From contig JAUCBJ010008352.1 of NCBI GenBank assembly GCA_032718475.1, forward strand, positions 1 to 64,000: a DNA stretch of 64,000 nt, written 5' to 3'. This document shows positions 50,720 through 63,649 of this stretch, one piece after another. Under the pieces are notes generated by a model. That model saw only the letters and a program-made list of their open reading frames with translations. It had not been told where the DNA came from and did no database searches. The position numbers and the translations under genes are program-made. Source of the stretch: Nemertoderma westbladi (taxonomy: Eukaryota > Animalia > Xenacoelomorpha). Within the stretch, counting starts at the first letter, position 1, and every line of letters begins with the position of its first letter.

Positions 50720-51991
50720 TGTCTGCAATGGGGGATCGATTCGACCCCCCCCCCCCCCCCTCTCCCCTTAATATCTCGGCCCCGTTTCGGTCAATCGTCA
50801 TGAAATTTGGTACATATATACTATGATATATACACTACAAGTTTATGAAGTGGTAACACCTAGATACTGTCGGTTCGTGAGTTTTGGCTGTCTGGCTGTC
50901 TGTCTGTTGTCTGTTCTTTTGGATGTACATAATACGTAAATATTTTATCATGGCTTAGTTTCATTCAACAACATACTCACCCTTTGTGGATAATGTTTTC
51001 TTTACCAACGAATGACGCTCTGGTCTGCCAGTCTGTACGTCTGTTCAACTTTGTCTGTCTGCTTGTCTGTCAATTAGAATTACAGTAATGCTTGTAAAGT
51101 TCTATATAATTTTGGAAACAAACACAATATAATTTCAATAATTAGATATTATTGATTTACTCATATGAATTTTATGCTTGTTGATGAGTGCAGCATTTAC
51201 CTTATATAATGAACAGACAGACCGACAACAAGACAGACAGACATACTGACAAAGAGACAGACTTACAATAAATTACAGACACAACAGACGTCATAAAATG
51301 TCTGTTTGAAACAATTGTATGTTCTTATACTGCAATTTAGTAGATAAATGTACTTGACTAAAATAGAAAGACTGATCGACAAACAGACAGACTGACAGAC
51401 AGACAGACAGACATGATTGTCTGTCTATATTTTTAAAAATCATGTCCGATCGGTAGTGAAACTACTGCCTGCATATGAGGAAATTATCACAAAATTTCAG
51501 CCCCTCAAGTCTTATCAGTTTTTCACAGCACCAACGCACACACTAACTAACAAACAGACAGACAGATATAAATTAATTTGCTGTCCACCACTTGTATTCT
51601 CACAGCACAAGGTTGAGTATAGGTTGATCCTGCCGGTGGAAACTGTGCCCAGCAAGCATCAGGCGGCGTCTCTGCAGGGTGATGCTGGGTTGTGACAATG
51701 ATATGTTACCATAGTTGTATAACACACCATTGCTTATTTGTGCGTCATATGCAACGTTATGCAATTTATACAATTTATCCTTTAAAAGTCTTGATTTAGT
51801 GGTATAATTTTATGTCTCATCATTTTATCATTTCATTGTATCATATACATACAATCTAAAATGAGCAGAGAAACTGACAGACAGTCAGTCAGTCAGACCG
51901 ACAGACAGGGTGTTATACTGATATGAATTTTATATTTCATTGATAATTGTAGCATACCAGAGAAACAGACAGACGGCGGACAAACGGACAT

Positions 51992-52030
<39 letters not shown>

Positions 52031-52130
52031 TAAACGTCGTATAAATTTCAAAGACCTCACACGTTATAAAATATCTCAAGTACCAATATCGACAGATCGA
52101 CCAACACACGGAAGGACGGACAACGGTTGA
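50720..52130. repeat. DINE/Helentron-like repeats with (ACAG)n/(GTCT)n microsatellites
   Basis: aatatctcggcc...atgaaatttggtaca core and several GACA/GTCT tracts in both orientations. Confidence 0.4.
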
Positions 52131-53378
52131 AAAAAATAAAAAAACTACATATACAATACTGTACGGTAAGCAGTATTGCTGTATTATAGAATACTGAATT
52201 CATGATTTAGAGAGTTGCTCGGACATTTTGCGTGTTGTCCCCAGACGCTCTGATTAACTGTTGTTAATTACTTTTAGGACTGCGATATACTATTATTCAC
52301 ATTCTTTGTGGCCATTTTTGACAATGTTCAACCATTCGTTCACTGTGGCTGATTGTTTTCACCGTTTTTAGGTGTTGTCACAAATTCCACCTATCCCGAC
52401 TGATATTCCAGAACGTTAATCAAATAATTAAACCAAAAATTTGATTAAACTAGCTTCTTGAGTAAAATATCATACAACTTAATTAACATTTTAATGCTAA
52501 ATTTATTAATAATTACCAACGTAATTACTTAGAATATATAATGAGAAATAATTTAATATTATTTGTTATTAATCAGCAACAAATCAATAAAGATTATTGT
52601 TGGTAAATCGTCACCACATCAAATATTGCATAACACTTAATACAGAAAGTAGTGACAAAAATCCTATTATTATTATTATTATTTTAATTCAGCTAAAAAT
52701 GCCATATCTAAAAAATAAAACAAAATAGAGTAACTAATTAAAATCACCAAAATAGGTATAAATATGATTGAAAATGAATTTAAATAAAATAAATATATAT
52801 AAAGATAAAAGCAGATGCAATAGGCTAAAAATACAATTAACTTTAGGCACGACTCATTCTATTAAAAGTAGTAAAAATTGTAGATACATGACGACAACAG
52901 CACGAATCATTGAAACTATTATATTGGTTGACTGGTCTACTCTTCTACTGTATATAGACTAACTAGGGACAACGATTTCTCTAATGGATCTAATGTTGTA
53001 ATTTAAAAGCATCGTGCTTGCGTTCTTTATGGTCTCTGTTTCACAATTATATAATTTAATGCCAAATAAAGATCTCACGGCTCTGTGTAGACCGACACGT
53101 CAATTCGGGAATTCATTGGTGATTGTCTGTGTGTGTAATCATGCCTATGCAGCTACTACTGGTGTAGGCTATGCTAGCACTCTGTCTCTGACTGCCTGAC
53201 TGTGGACTGAATGTACGAACTTTGAACTCTATAACTTACCCCATCGCCTCATCTTCACACGGCCGTATTTAACTTACGACTCAAGTAAATTTGGCTGCAC
53301 AGGAAATTCCCGTTATCATAACAACCCAACCTACCGGCCTAGTCTACCGGTACTACCATACGCGCCGGCGCCGGAACC

Positions 53379-54163
53379 ATGTCGTCGCAAATACATAAAA
53401 TCGAGGCCCTAATTGAGCGGAAATTTGCTGCACTTGAAAATGACATCCGAGTCCGAGTCGGCTGTCCGAGTCGAATTATGATTTGCAACAGTATATACGT
53501 AGAAACTGTGTTCTATTTCACGGGATCCCTGAATCTTCCTTCCATAATGATTGGATAAAGATCGTAGAATTACTGACATGCATCGGGATAAATCCTGATG
53601 TAATCGACGTTGTACATCGGCTCGGGAAATACTTCCCGGCAACGGCACACGGCACTAGCTCGGGTTCCTCCGCTTCTAATAGTCCCTCAGGTGGGCCCAA
53701 TACGACGCAGGGTAAAGTAAGACCAGTCATTGTTCGCTTTCTTGGTCATTCGACTCGCTATGCAATTTTCGGAAAGCGTAAGGAGTTTCCGAAGGGGATT
53801 TACGTTAGCGACCACCTGACTCCGGCGAGGGCTGAAATTCTACGAGAAGCTAAGTCACACAAACGGGCGGGTCGGATTCATGCTGCGTACTCGATAAATG
53901 GCGTAATAAACATCCGTGTCAAAGAAGGACCTGATGCTGGTAGTCGACCTCACGTTGTTCGCAGCATTAAAGATATCACTTCTCTCCTGGCTGCCGGTAC
54001 GGGTAATCCAATTTCCGTTTCTGATAATGCCGAAACCAATTCCATAAATCGGGAGTTTCTTGGAGTTTCCACTCGTTCTCGGAAGACTAACAGCACCATT
54101 GTAAGTACCAGCACTGGGACGAGTAACGGGTTCGATGTATTGACGGACGATTGTGATCAGTGA
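53379..54163 (+). pseudogene. LINE ORF1 (RRM plus CTD type), one apparent frameshift near 53450
   Basis: QYIRRNCVLFHGIPE, VHRLGK, RPVIVRF, IYVSDHLT; the ATG at 53379 is out of frame with the main ORF. Confidence 0.7.
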
Positions 54164-54652
54164 ATTCAGACTGAGTGAGTAATTATCTGTACGATCAAGT
54201 GAACCTAACATATTTACTCCTGTAAGAGCCCTTTAAATACGGTAGGCCTATATATATCCTATAAATATCGTGAATTGCAGAAGAGCTTCCATGTCTTACT
54301 ATATTTTTTAGAATCTTGTCAGAAAATTATGTCATCAGGGAGCTATTTACTATTTTTTTTCTTTTTTTTTTTGTAATTTAGTACCAGCTTTTGCGCTATT
54401 TACTATTACTTGGATGCATAATGGGGAAATTTTAAAGTACTACGTATCGTGTGCATTCAGTCCGATATCGCTTTATAAATTACATTTATAATTGGCTGGA
54501 GACAGTGGGCTGGCAGGTGGCCATTCCAATAGCGCCAATTCCTAACAACGTAAGAATCTTGTATTGTTCTATGTGTGTGTACGTACACATATTAACCGAC
54601 TTGTAGGTACTGTAGTGTTAGTAGGATCTATAGAACTACATTATATATATCT

Positions 54653-57600
54653 ATGTCAGTAAAAGTAAACCCTAATAACCAACAACCGAATATCAACCTA
54701 ACACCTGATTCATGCTCACTATGTTTTAGTTGTTTTTCTTATAAGGACCTAAACCGATTCTATTGTTCTATTTGCGAATGTAATTTTCATTTACAATGTG
54801 GAACTTGTATGTCTCTGGATGATGCCTATCATAATTTATCATCCACTAATTATGGGGCTTTGTATTGTATATTTTGTTACAGCTCCATTTTCCCCTTTTT
54901 TAATGTACCAAGCACGGATAGTGATGTATTTCACAGTACGAATAATGTAGATAATATACTTGAATCTGGCAACTTTTTTGCTGACATTGACCCTGATGAT
55001 AACTTAGTTGACGCCAGTATACCTGGTGGCTATTATGACCAAGACCTCTTTAATAATAAATTTGGTGACACGGAAAAAAATATATCGTTGATGCATTTAA
55101 ATTGCCGAAGTTTGGCAACAAATATACGGGATATATCCGAATATATCGCGGGTCTAGATAGTCAATTCGATGTACTGGCTTTTACTGAGACGTTCTCTAA
55201 GGACGATAATCGAATTAAATTGCTAAATATTGACGGTTACAATGACCCAATATTTGACCATCGCGATTCAGGGGAAGCTCGTGGTGGTTGTGCCATTTAC
55301 ATTAAGAAGGGTTTATCTTTTACACCAAGACCAGATTTAAAAATTCCGGGGCATGATAATTTATGGGTTGAATTACCTTATACGACAAGTAAGAAAACCC
55401 TGATTGTGGGATGTATATATAGATCAGAGAAACTTTTTCCATACGATATATTTATGCAGAAACTCGATGACACCCTAACTAAACTTAGTAAAAAAAATAA
55501 TGATATTTTAATTTGCGGTGACACTAATATAAATCTGCTGAAACAAAGTGACCGATCTCAAACCTACAAAGACCTACTATCTTCTTTTGGTTATAAGCAA
55601 CTAATTACTGAGGCCACACGTATATACAAAAACAGTAAATCTCTTATTGATCACATTGCCACTAATATTGGTGCCCAAGTAATCCACAGCGGAGTATTTC
55701 TAACGCAAATTGGAACAAGTGATCACTATCCAATTTTCTGTCTTATTAAAGATTACTCGAATTACTTTTCACAAGATAAACACTACGGTTACGATTATAG
55801 TGCCTTTGATTCAGCAGCTTTTTTAAAAGATTTAAGAAATCCTAATACATGGACATACCGCAATGAATCTATACACACATCAGATATGTTCAATACCTTC
55901 AATGACAATTTTACTAAAATTTGTAACTATCACCTTCCTCTAAAAGAGCTTAAATATAAGAATGCGACCCCGCGCAGGCCATGGATAAGTACTGGGATAT
56001 TAAAGTCAATTTATATAAAGAATAAATTATACATAAAATATTTGAAAAAACCAACTTCAGCCAATCTTGAAATATATAAACGGTATCGCAACAAGCTCAC
56101 CTACATTCTGAGGTTGGCTGAGAAGCGGTATTATGAAACTAGATTTAGACAATGTGGTGGAAATATAAAAAGGACATGGCGAGTCATTAATTCTGTAATA
56201 ACGGGCCGCTCAAAATCGAATAGGCCACAGAAACTGATAGTAGAAAATAATAATACAAAATGTGATATAATAGATCCCCAAAGTATTGCTAATTCATTCA
56301 ATAGTTTTTTCGCTAATATTGGGAAGCAATTGGATGTAAAAATCCCGGTATCCAGATTGAATCCATTAAGTTTCATTCCCAGACGTTGCTCAGTATCTTC
56401 GTCTTTCGCACTAATTGAAACTTCATCGGCTGAGATACAGTATCATATTTTGAACCTTAGTGAATCCAGTGCGACTAATGATACCTTTCCGTGCAAATTA
56501 GTTAGAATGTACTACAGGGAATTATCATGTCATCTTGAATACCTAATAAATATTTCATTTCGATTTTCATCATTCCCTGACCAACTCAAACAAGCACGTG
56601 TAATACCAGTATTTAAAAAGGGCGAGCCAACTGATAGAGGTAACTATAGACCGGTATCAATTTTGCCTTTATTTAGCAAGATATACGAGAAAATTATATA
56701 TGACCAGCTACTGTCCTTTTTTGGGAGAAACAACATTCTAAATCCGAAACAGTTCGGATTCCGTAAATCTCACAGCACTTTTCACGCAATTTTAGAAATT
56801 ACTGAAAAAATCAGAGAAACTCTGGATAGTAGTGAATCAGCTTGTGGCGTGTTTGTAGATTTAAAAAAAGCATTCGATACGATAAACCATCGTATTCTTC
56901 TCGATAAACTGAACTGTTATGGAATTAGAGGGAGGCCTCTCGAGTTAATAAAAAACTACTTATCAAATAGAACTCAACATGTTGCATTTGGCTCACTTAG
57001 TTCAGGCAGTCTTAAAATTAGTTGCGGTGTGCCACAGGGTTCAATTCTAGGTCCGTTATTTTTCCTCATATACATAAATGACCTACCGCAAGCAACATCC
57101 TTGACCACTGTGTTATTTGCTGATGATACTAGTTTTATTTATAGTTCTAAGTCGGATGCTGAAATACAACATAAACTTTGCTCTGAATTAACCGGTATTA
57201 GTTATTGGCTCATATCAAATAGATTATCCTTAAATCTGTCTAAGACGGAGTATGTAATTTTCACGAATAAACAAAATTATAATATTAACATATCAGTAGA
57301 TAACACCGTTTTAAAGGAAGTATGTGCAGTAAAATACCTAGGTATTTTTATTGACAACCATCTGTCTTGGAATTCACAAGTGAAACATGTATTAAGTAAA
57401 ATCTCTAAGGTTTCTGGTATTTTTTACAAATTAAGATATATTTTCCCTCTACATGTACTAAAACTTCTTTATTTCTCGCTTGTACACCCCTACATTCAAT
57501 ACGGCCTAATCTGCTGGGGTTCTGCTGGTGTGTCTAAAATTGAAAAAATTCGAGTGAAAATAAATAAAATACTCAGGTGTATAACGTTCGCAGAATATAG

Positions 57601-57955
57601 ATCCTCATCATTTCCCATATATAAGTCACTAGGTATCCTACCAATTCAACACTTATATAGGTTACAATTAGCTACATTTATGCACAGTATACATTACCGT
57701 TATGACAAAACTGGCATGTACAACATGTTTGAGAAAATACATACAAAACATTCGCATAATACAAGAGCCGCGTCTAACAATTTATTCTTTATACCTCGCA
57801 GAGAACTGGTCGTTGGTCAAATGTCCTTAAGTTACATGGGTCCAGTAACATGGAATGCTTTACCTAACGAACTTCGCAATATACGAGGGAAGCGTCTGTT
57901 TGTAAATAAGTTAAAAGCTCATCTACTTAATTCAGATGGCCTATCTGCTTCGTAG
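54653..57955 (+). CDS. LINE ORF2, intact 1100 aa: PHD-like finger, APE endonuclease, reverse transcriptase
   Basis: CSLC..CSICECNFHLQC..CIFC; HLNCRSL, FTET, CGDTNI, LIDHI, SDHYPI; DLKKAFDT, GVPQGSILGP, LFADDT, KYLGI. Confidence 0.93.
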   Translation: MSVKVNPNNQQPNINLTPDSCSLCFSCFSYKDLNRFYCSICECNFHLQCGTCMSLDDAYHNLSSTNYGALYCIFCYSSIFPFFNVPSTDSDVFHSTNNVDNILESGNFFADIDPDDNLVDASIPGGYYDQDLFNNKFGDTEKNISLMHLNCRSLATNIRDISEYIAGLDSQFDVLAFTETFSKDDNRIKLLNIDGYNDPIFDHRDSGEARGGCAIYIKKGLSFTPRPDLKIPGHDNLWVELPYTTSKKTLIVGCIYRSEKLFPYDIFMQKLDDTLTKLSKKNNDILICGDTNINLLKQSDRSQTYKDLLSSFGYKQLITEATRIYKNSKSLIDHIATNIGAQVIHSGVFLTQIGTSDHYPIFCLIKDYSNYFSQDKHYGYDYSAFDSAAFLKDLRNPNTWTYRNESIHTSDMFNTFNDNFTKICNYHLPLKELKYKNATPRRPWISTGILKSIYIKNKLYIKYLKKPTSANLEIYKRYRNKLTYILRLAEKRYYETRFRQCGGNIKRTWRVINSVITGRSKSNRPQKLIVENNNTKCDIIDPQSIANSFNSFFANIGKQLDVKIPVSRLNPLSFIPRRCSVSSSFALIETSSAEIQYHILNLSESSATNDTFPCKLVRMYYRELSCHLEYLINISFRFSSFPDQLKQARVIPVFKKGEPTDRGNYRPVSILPLFSKIYEKIIYDQLLSFFGRNNILNPKQFGFRKSHSTFHAILEITEKIRETLDSSESACGVFVDLKKAFDTINHRILLDKLNCYGIRGRPLELIKNYLSNRTQHVAFGSLSSGSLKISCGVPQGSILGPLFFLIYINDLPQATSLTTVLFADDTSFIYSSKSDAEIQHKLCSELTGISYWLISNRLSLNLSKTEYVIFTNKQNYNINISVDNTVLKEVCAVKYLGIFIDNHLSWNSQVKHVLSKISKVSGIFYKLRYIFPLHVLKLLYFSLVHPYIQYGLICWGSAGVSKIEKIRVKINKILRCITFAEYRSSSFPIYKSLGILPIQHLYRLQLATFMHSIHYRYDKTGMYNMFEKIHTKHSHNTRAASNNLFFIPRRELVVGQMSLSYMGPVTWNALPNELRNIRGKRLFVNKLKAHLLNSDGLSAS

Positions 57956-57989
57956 TCACATATTTTTTACGTTTCTCCTAATAATATAT

Positions 57990-58665
57990 ATTATGTTACA
58001 TACGGCCTACTGTAACTTATCCATTTGTAACTCATCCATCTCTACCCGGACACGGGGAAATGTTACATAAGGCCTACTGTATCTTATCCATCACTACCCG
58101 GACACGGGGTCATGTTACATAAGGCCTACTGTAACTTATCCATCACTACCCGGACACGGGGTCATGTTACATACGGCCTACTGTAACTTATCCATTTGTA
58201 ATTCATCCATAACTACCCGGACACGGGGTCATGTTACATACGGCCTACTGTAACTTATCCATCACTACCCGGACACGGGGTCATGCTACATAAGGCCTAC
58301 TGTGACTTATCCATATCCAGTTGTAACTCATCCATCTCTACCCGGACACGGGGTCATGTTACATAAGGCCTACTGTGACTTATCCATATCCATTTGTAAC
58401 TCACCCATCTCTACCCGGACACGGGGTCATGTTACATATGGCCTACTGTAACTTATCCATATCCATTTGTAACTCATTCATCACTACCCGGACACTGGGA
58501 CATGTTACATTGGGCCTACTGTAACTTATCCATCACTACCCGGACACGGGGTCATGTTACTTAAGGCATACTATATTTTATCAATTTGCTACATATCCTT
58601 ATCCATCACTACCCGGGCACGGGGTCATGTTACATAGGGCCTACTGTGACTTATCCGTTACTATC
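57990..58665 (+). repeat. Minisatellite of ~50-75 bp units in the LINE 3' UTR
   Basis: Recurrent catgttacata.ggcctactgtaacttatccat...actacccggacacgggg, about 10-11 units. Confidence 0.9.
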
Positions 58666-59089
58666 TGTGTGCGGTGTCAAGTAACAAATTACGTTTAATT
58701 GGTTTTTTTGTGAATAAAGAGATTCGGTATTAAATCGCTCAATTGTGTACAAATTTTTTAATTGAAAGTGATATTTGGTTGTTTGTTTTATATTTTGTTC
58801 CATTTTCATTGGGATACTATTCATTTACTTTAAAATCAAACTATGATTAATACGTGTATATGACTATAATACGTATTGTATATAATTTTTTATATTTTAA
58901 GGGGTACAGCACCTACTAGCAAATTGTGCTATCTTGCTGGCCCCGCCATTGAGTAGGACTGCCCACTGTCTCTTTTTTATATCCTTTTTTGGGTGTTGTT
59001 TTGGTTTATTTAGTGGTGCAGGGTATGTTTATCGACAATTATTAAATAAAACAATAAGTCAAGTCAAAGTCAATAAGTCAAGACACAGA

Positions 59090-60950
59090 CCTTATTAAAA
59101 ATAGACTGTAAAATACACTTCGGACCACAAAGCACAACCATAAATTGTAGAGCAAAAGCTGTTGAAAAGATATTGTTTTACGTTAACGCTACAATAATTA
59201 AACTTTCTAATCAAAATATTTGAGCGACAGTAAAATTTGCAGGTTTGAGCATTTATAATCCCTATCATCACAGAAATCCGATGAAATTAAATGTCTTAAA
59301 TAATTAATTCATCTACAACAGCTAAAGCATGAGAATTCAAATACACTGTAGCAAAACTAAAGAAGTATCGACTTTTACTACGGAGGTACACATATTTAGA
59401 TTTCTTTGTGTTAAATGTCATAGAATTATGTGATGCAAATTCCATACACACATCTAATAAGGTCTGCAATGCACACGGATTAGTCGTTATTATAGAAATA
59501 TCATCCTCGTAGATTAAATGGTTTACCAACAATCCATTTAGATTACATCCTATACCAAGCTCATTAAGATTAATGCTAAGTTTGTTAATATAAAAAGTAG
59601 AAAGACGCGGAGACAGAGGGCTTCTTTGCCTAACGCCGTTAGAACAAGGAAATGGCTCAGATTTGAAACTATTCCACACCACACGGCACGTATACACTGG
59701 ATGGGAATACATACAAACTAAAATACTCACTAAAAATATTGGTATATTACATTCTATTAGTTTGTGAAATAAAATACGGTGATTTACATTATCAAAAGCT
59801 TTCGAAGCATCTAGAAAGGGAATATATATTCGATCCGTTGTTTAAATAAAAATTAATAAACTCTTTTAATGTATATATATACATTATTCGGTACCGTGAA
59901 CTTTATAAAACCAAATTGGTTGGCAGTAGTTTTAATAATAATTCTAGTCTAGCTAATATAATTAACTCGTATAACTTAGAAGTAATATTGGCAACCGCTA
60001 CAAGGCGATAATTACTAGTTTCAGAACCAACACCAGCTTTATCTTTCACAATCGGTGAAATATTAGACTTCACTAAACTGCTAGGTACAAATCCATGTAT
60101 ATTAAAACTGGTAAAAAGCAATGAAAGCACAGTGACCAGCCGATCTGAGGAATTAATATGCTCAGTATGTAACCAGTCAGGTCCTGGTGCTTTCTGCAAC
60201 TTCATTATTATTGAAATGCATTTCAGCGCTGTACTTTATTTTTTCGAATGTCTTACTCAGCTCATTAACTTCACATTGTGAGTCATTAACCCCGTTAATT
60301 ATACCCCTATAGTGGTCTCCCCACATGTTTGCTATATTGGATGTCCCAGTGACACCTCAAATTGTTTCAGGTGGTTTCACTTTAGATTGGTTATTTTTCG
60401 CACATTTGCCCAGAACTTATAACAATCATTGTCATCTAAAGATGTAACCAGTTTATCGCTCCGAATTGTGTCTGCATTACGCTTAATGGCCAGTAATCGA
60501 AGTTTAAACTTTGCCCGCGAGCGAGTCATTAATTGGAACGGTATCCCCGTCCGAGGGCTCCGAGGGCGTGTGCACTGATGTAGTTCTTCAACCTCATCAT
60601 TCCACCCGAGTACATTGTGCGAATTGCCATTGCCAGATGAATCCTAGGTATGGGGAACTGACTGCGCAGCCGACTCAGTAAGAATGTCAGTTATATTCTC
60701 ATACAGTAGGTTGAGGTCATCCCTGTCTGTGATTTCCTTTTGTACAATAGGGATCTCTACATGATAGGGCGTACAACGGCATCCCCAGAGCAGAAATGGC
60801 GTTGTTAGTGGCAGCCTTGTACTTTCCAAGGTTAAACATGGTTTTCTCCCATTGTGTTCTTGGATAGTATACTGGCGACCCTTCTGTGTCATTTGGAGCT
60901 GGTCCATTTACATGTATTATATGACAAAAGGTGTCGAAAGGGTCTATTGT
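59090..60950 (-). pseudogene. Decayed RTEX-like LINE ORF2 fragment
   Basis: KAPGPD, SNYRLVA, LDASKAFD, NGVRQRSPLSP, GIGC, LIYEDD. Confidence 0.75.
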
Positions 60951-61135
60951 GACCAACTCTGGTGACAAAGGGGTCAACTCTGGTGTCAAAGAGTTCCACT
61001 GAGACAAAGGGGTCCACTTAGACGACAAAGTGATTCACTCTGATGAAAAAGGAAAGGGGTCCACCCTGGTGTGAAAGGAGTTCACTCTGGTGACATAGGA
61101 GTCCACTATGACAAAGATGTCCACTCTAGTGACAG
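60950..61135 (+). repeat. Degenerate ~20-bp tandem repeat (GTCCACTCTGGTGACAAAGG-like)
   Basis: Directly visible. Confidence 0.75.
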
Positions 61136-61138
61136 AGC

Positions 61139-61678
61139 TGTGACGGGATCCAGGAGGGATCCCGGTTTATCCGGTGTTTAGCTTACGCGTCCCCGGCGTG
61201 TGTAAAGAGTAAATGGAAACGGTAAATGAGTTCTGATGTTCGCTGTATATAATTGGTATAAGATATAGATATGATCTGATGATAGTATAATATATGGAAG
61301 GCGGGATACGGTAACTAAAAGTCCCGTGCTCCCCTATCTAAACTAACTAACCTAAGCTAGCACTACTGCACTTGAGATAACTGAATTACTGATTAATAGG
61401 TTACTGATTATATTACACGGTTGGCCTAATTACTACCTAATCGATGCCTTGCCCCCCTCTGATTGGTTGATACCCTTGTTGGCGCCCCGTGGAGTGTTCC
61501 CGTTCACTCCACCTGTTCTCTCTGGGTTAGGGGTTTGGCCCCTGACCCTCTATTGTGTGCTTCCTTCCCATTCTTATTGGGATGGCACGAGTTGGTTAAT
61601 TGCCCAATCTCGTGGCTCCCAATATTGCTTATCGGCTTATAACTTTATGGGGTGTTAGCGGGATTGAATAAGCTAACA
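61139..61678 (-). repeat. Probable 3' LTR (540 bp) of a third LTR element, C, continuing beyond the window
   Basis: TGT...ACA ends, immediately preceded on the minus strand by the polypurine tract GGGGGGGAG. Confidence 0.65.
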
Positions 61679-62341
61679 CTCCCCCCCATGCTATCTTCCC
61701 GGTAAGAAGATAGCATCAACCAAAAAGTGCGCTACAATCCCGCTGGATCCCGATCTAGTATCGGGTGTGGGGTGGAATTCTTTTCTCTCGGAGACGGCTT
61801 TCCAGGCCGCCCCCTATGGGTATGATAACGCTACCCTGTGTGCCTGGCGTCTCATGTCGGGCTGATCGCGCTCACCTCACGCAACTTTTGTTTCCCCAAC
61901 ACTTCCGCCCTATCTCCTCTTCACTCTCACCCTAACTCTCTCATATATTCGGACCTCCTCGTCCCTCACTCAGCCTCTTATTCTCCCCCCCCCCCACACT
62001 CTAGGATTGCATTCACACTCTTACTCCGTTCCTCAACCCCACTTTGACTACCTCATCCCTTCTGATGAATCTCACCCCCCTCCCATGCCGTCGCATTCAA
62101 GAAGTGTGAAATCGTCTGGTGTCTCGTCCATAGTGCCATAGTCAGTTTACCCCCCAGTCCCAGTAGCTAGTTGAGAAAGGTTGTATGACTATAGTACTTA
62201 CTCCGAACGTAAATATTTCTAAATTACTGATTACTACGTACCTACATACAAACTGTACTTATATGATTATTTACATTAATTAAATTTGTACATAGTTCTC
62301 ACGTCTCGCGTGGCGCCTTCCAGGCGCACTGCATCAGAGCC

Positions 62342-63076
62342 TCAGTCCATCCCTCCATGGCGTCCGTGGTGTCCCCGAAAGTTGCACTTCGGACATCGGT
62401 TCTGCAACCGTGGACACGCTCCCATCCTGTGGCTCGTCTCGTGGCAGTAGAGACAGCTGGTCCCTTTCTGGAACCGGTACAAACAGCTCCTTTCCTGGTG
62501 GGTCTGTCTCCCACAGTAGTCGCAACCGAGTACCAATGTCTCCCGCCCCACATCGTTTTTCATCCCAAGCGATCTCCGCGGTTTGCGGAGTCGCTGATAG
62601 GCGAACTTCTGGACGCTAGCGTCCCTGTCTACGTCGATCTCCTCGCCCCTCCCGGGCATCGTCTCTCCGAATACTACCCGTGGTGTCGTCCCTGGTTGCT
62701 TGCCCAACCTGATAGTGCTCCCCGCGAAATCCATCGCCGGCTCCTCGTGCACCCAGGCCCGCTTGCCGGGTTTGTCCCAGAAGGCTCTCGCCCCACTGGC
62801 CGTCACTACCCTCCCGCCAACCCAGTCCGTGTCCGAGTGGCCTATCCTCTCGATGGGCGGCATCTCTCCGAACTCGTCATCGTCCTCGTCCTCCTCTCGC
62901 AGTGGTTCCAACCCCGGTATCCCGGTGGACCCACTATGTCCCTTCCCGCCTTGGCTCTTGCCTATAGCTCTCCACCCCTCTAGCTCCCTTAACTTCCTTT
63001 GCGGTTGTTCGCCCTCGGCGCCCGCTGGTATGGGCATCGTTTGCAATCCCGACGTCGACTGTTTCGGTGATCCCAC
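62342..63076 (-). CDS. Accessory ORF of element C with C-terminal triple zinc knuckle
   Basis: CDYCGRQTHQERSC...CLYCHETSHRMGACPRLQNRCPKCNFRGH. Confidence 0.55.
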   Translation of the reverse strand: MGSPKQSTSGLQTMPIPAGAEGEQPQRKLRELEGWRAIGKSQGGKGHSGSTGIPGLEPLREEDEDDDEFGEMPPIERIGHSDTDWVGGRVVTASGARAFWDKPGKRAWVHEEPAMDFAGSTIRLGKQPGTTPRVVFGETMPGRGEEIDVDRDASVQKFAYQRLRKPRRSLGMKNDVGRETLVLGCDYCGRQTHQERSCLYRFQKGTSCLYCHETSHRMGACPRLQNRCPKCNFRGHHGRHGGMD

Positions 63077-63649
63077 CGTCCACCCCAGTTCTTTCCCTAG
63101 AGACTCCCCCGCACTCCCTGACGAAGCCCAACGAAGTCCGTCTAAGGCTGCTTATTCCTCGAAGCCGTAGCTCTGCGCCCTAGCTTCCTCCTCCCTCTCC
63201 TCTGCTTCTCTCCTCTCTCACAAGTTTACCTGCCATCTTGAACTCTGCCCGATCGCTCACCCGTAGGTGGTGCCTTGCCAAGGCGCAAACGTGATGAGTG
63301 ATGGGTTTAGATGGTTTAAGTTCTGTTCGATGGCCTATCTCTTTCTGAATTTCTGAGTTATTGCCTATTCTTACTACTGTTACCATAATTTGTTCCCCTT
63401 CTTAGCCCTATTCTTATTCTAATTTATCTTAATTTCAATCCTACTACCTTACTGTTTCCTATTACTTATGGATTATTCTATTCTCTAATCCACATTCTGG
63501 CCTACTCTGTGGGCCTATGCAGTACAGCAGTGTGCGTCGTGTGGCCACACGATTTACCCAGCTGTACTCATATGCCCCCCTCTCGCTACTAACGCTACTT
63601 ACTGCTAACTAATATCTATATCTTATATACCCTTCTACCTCTTACTCTC

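Larger units (their letters stand above)
53140..59082 (+). mobile_element. CR1-group (Crack/Daphne-like) LINE, near full length; 5' end approximate
   Basis: ORF1, ORF2 and a 3' UTR ending in AATAAA and (AAGTC)-type tail repeats. Confidence 0.8.

Noticed and set aside
51600-51700. GC-richer patch that might be an exon
   Set aside because: Stops in the phase-compatible frame and no recognisable domain.
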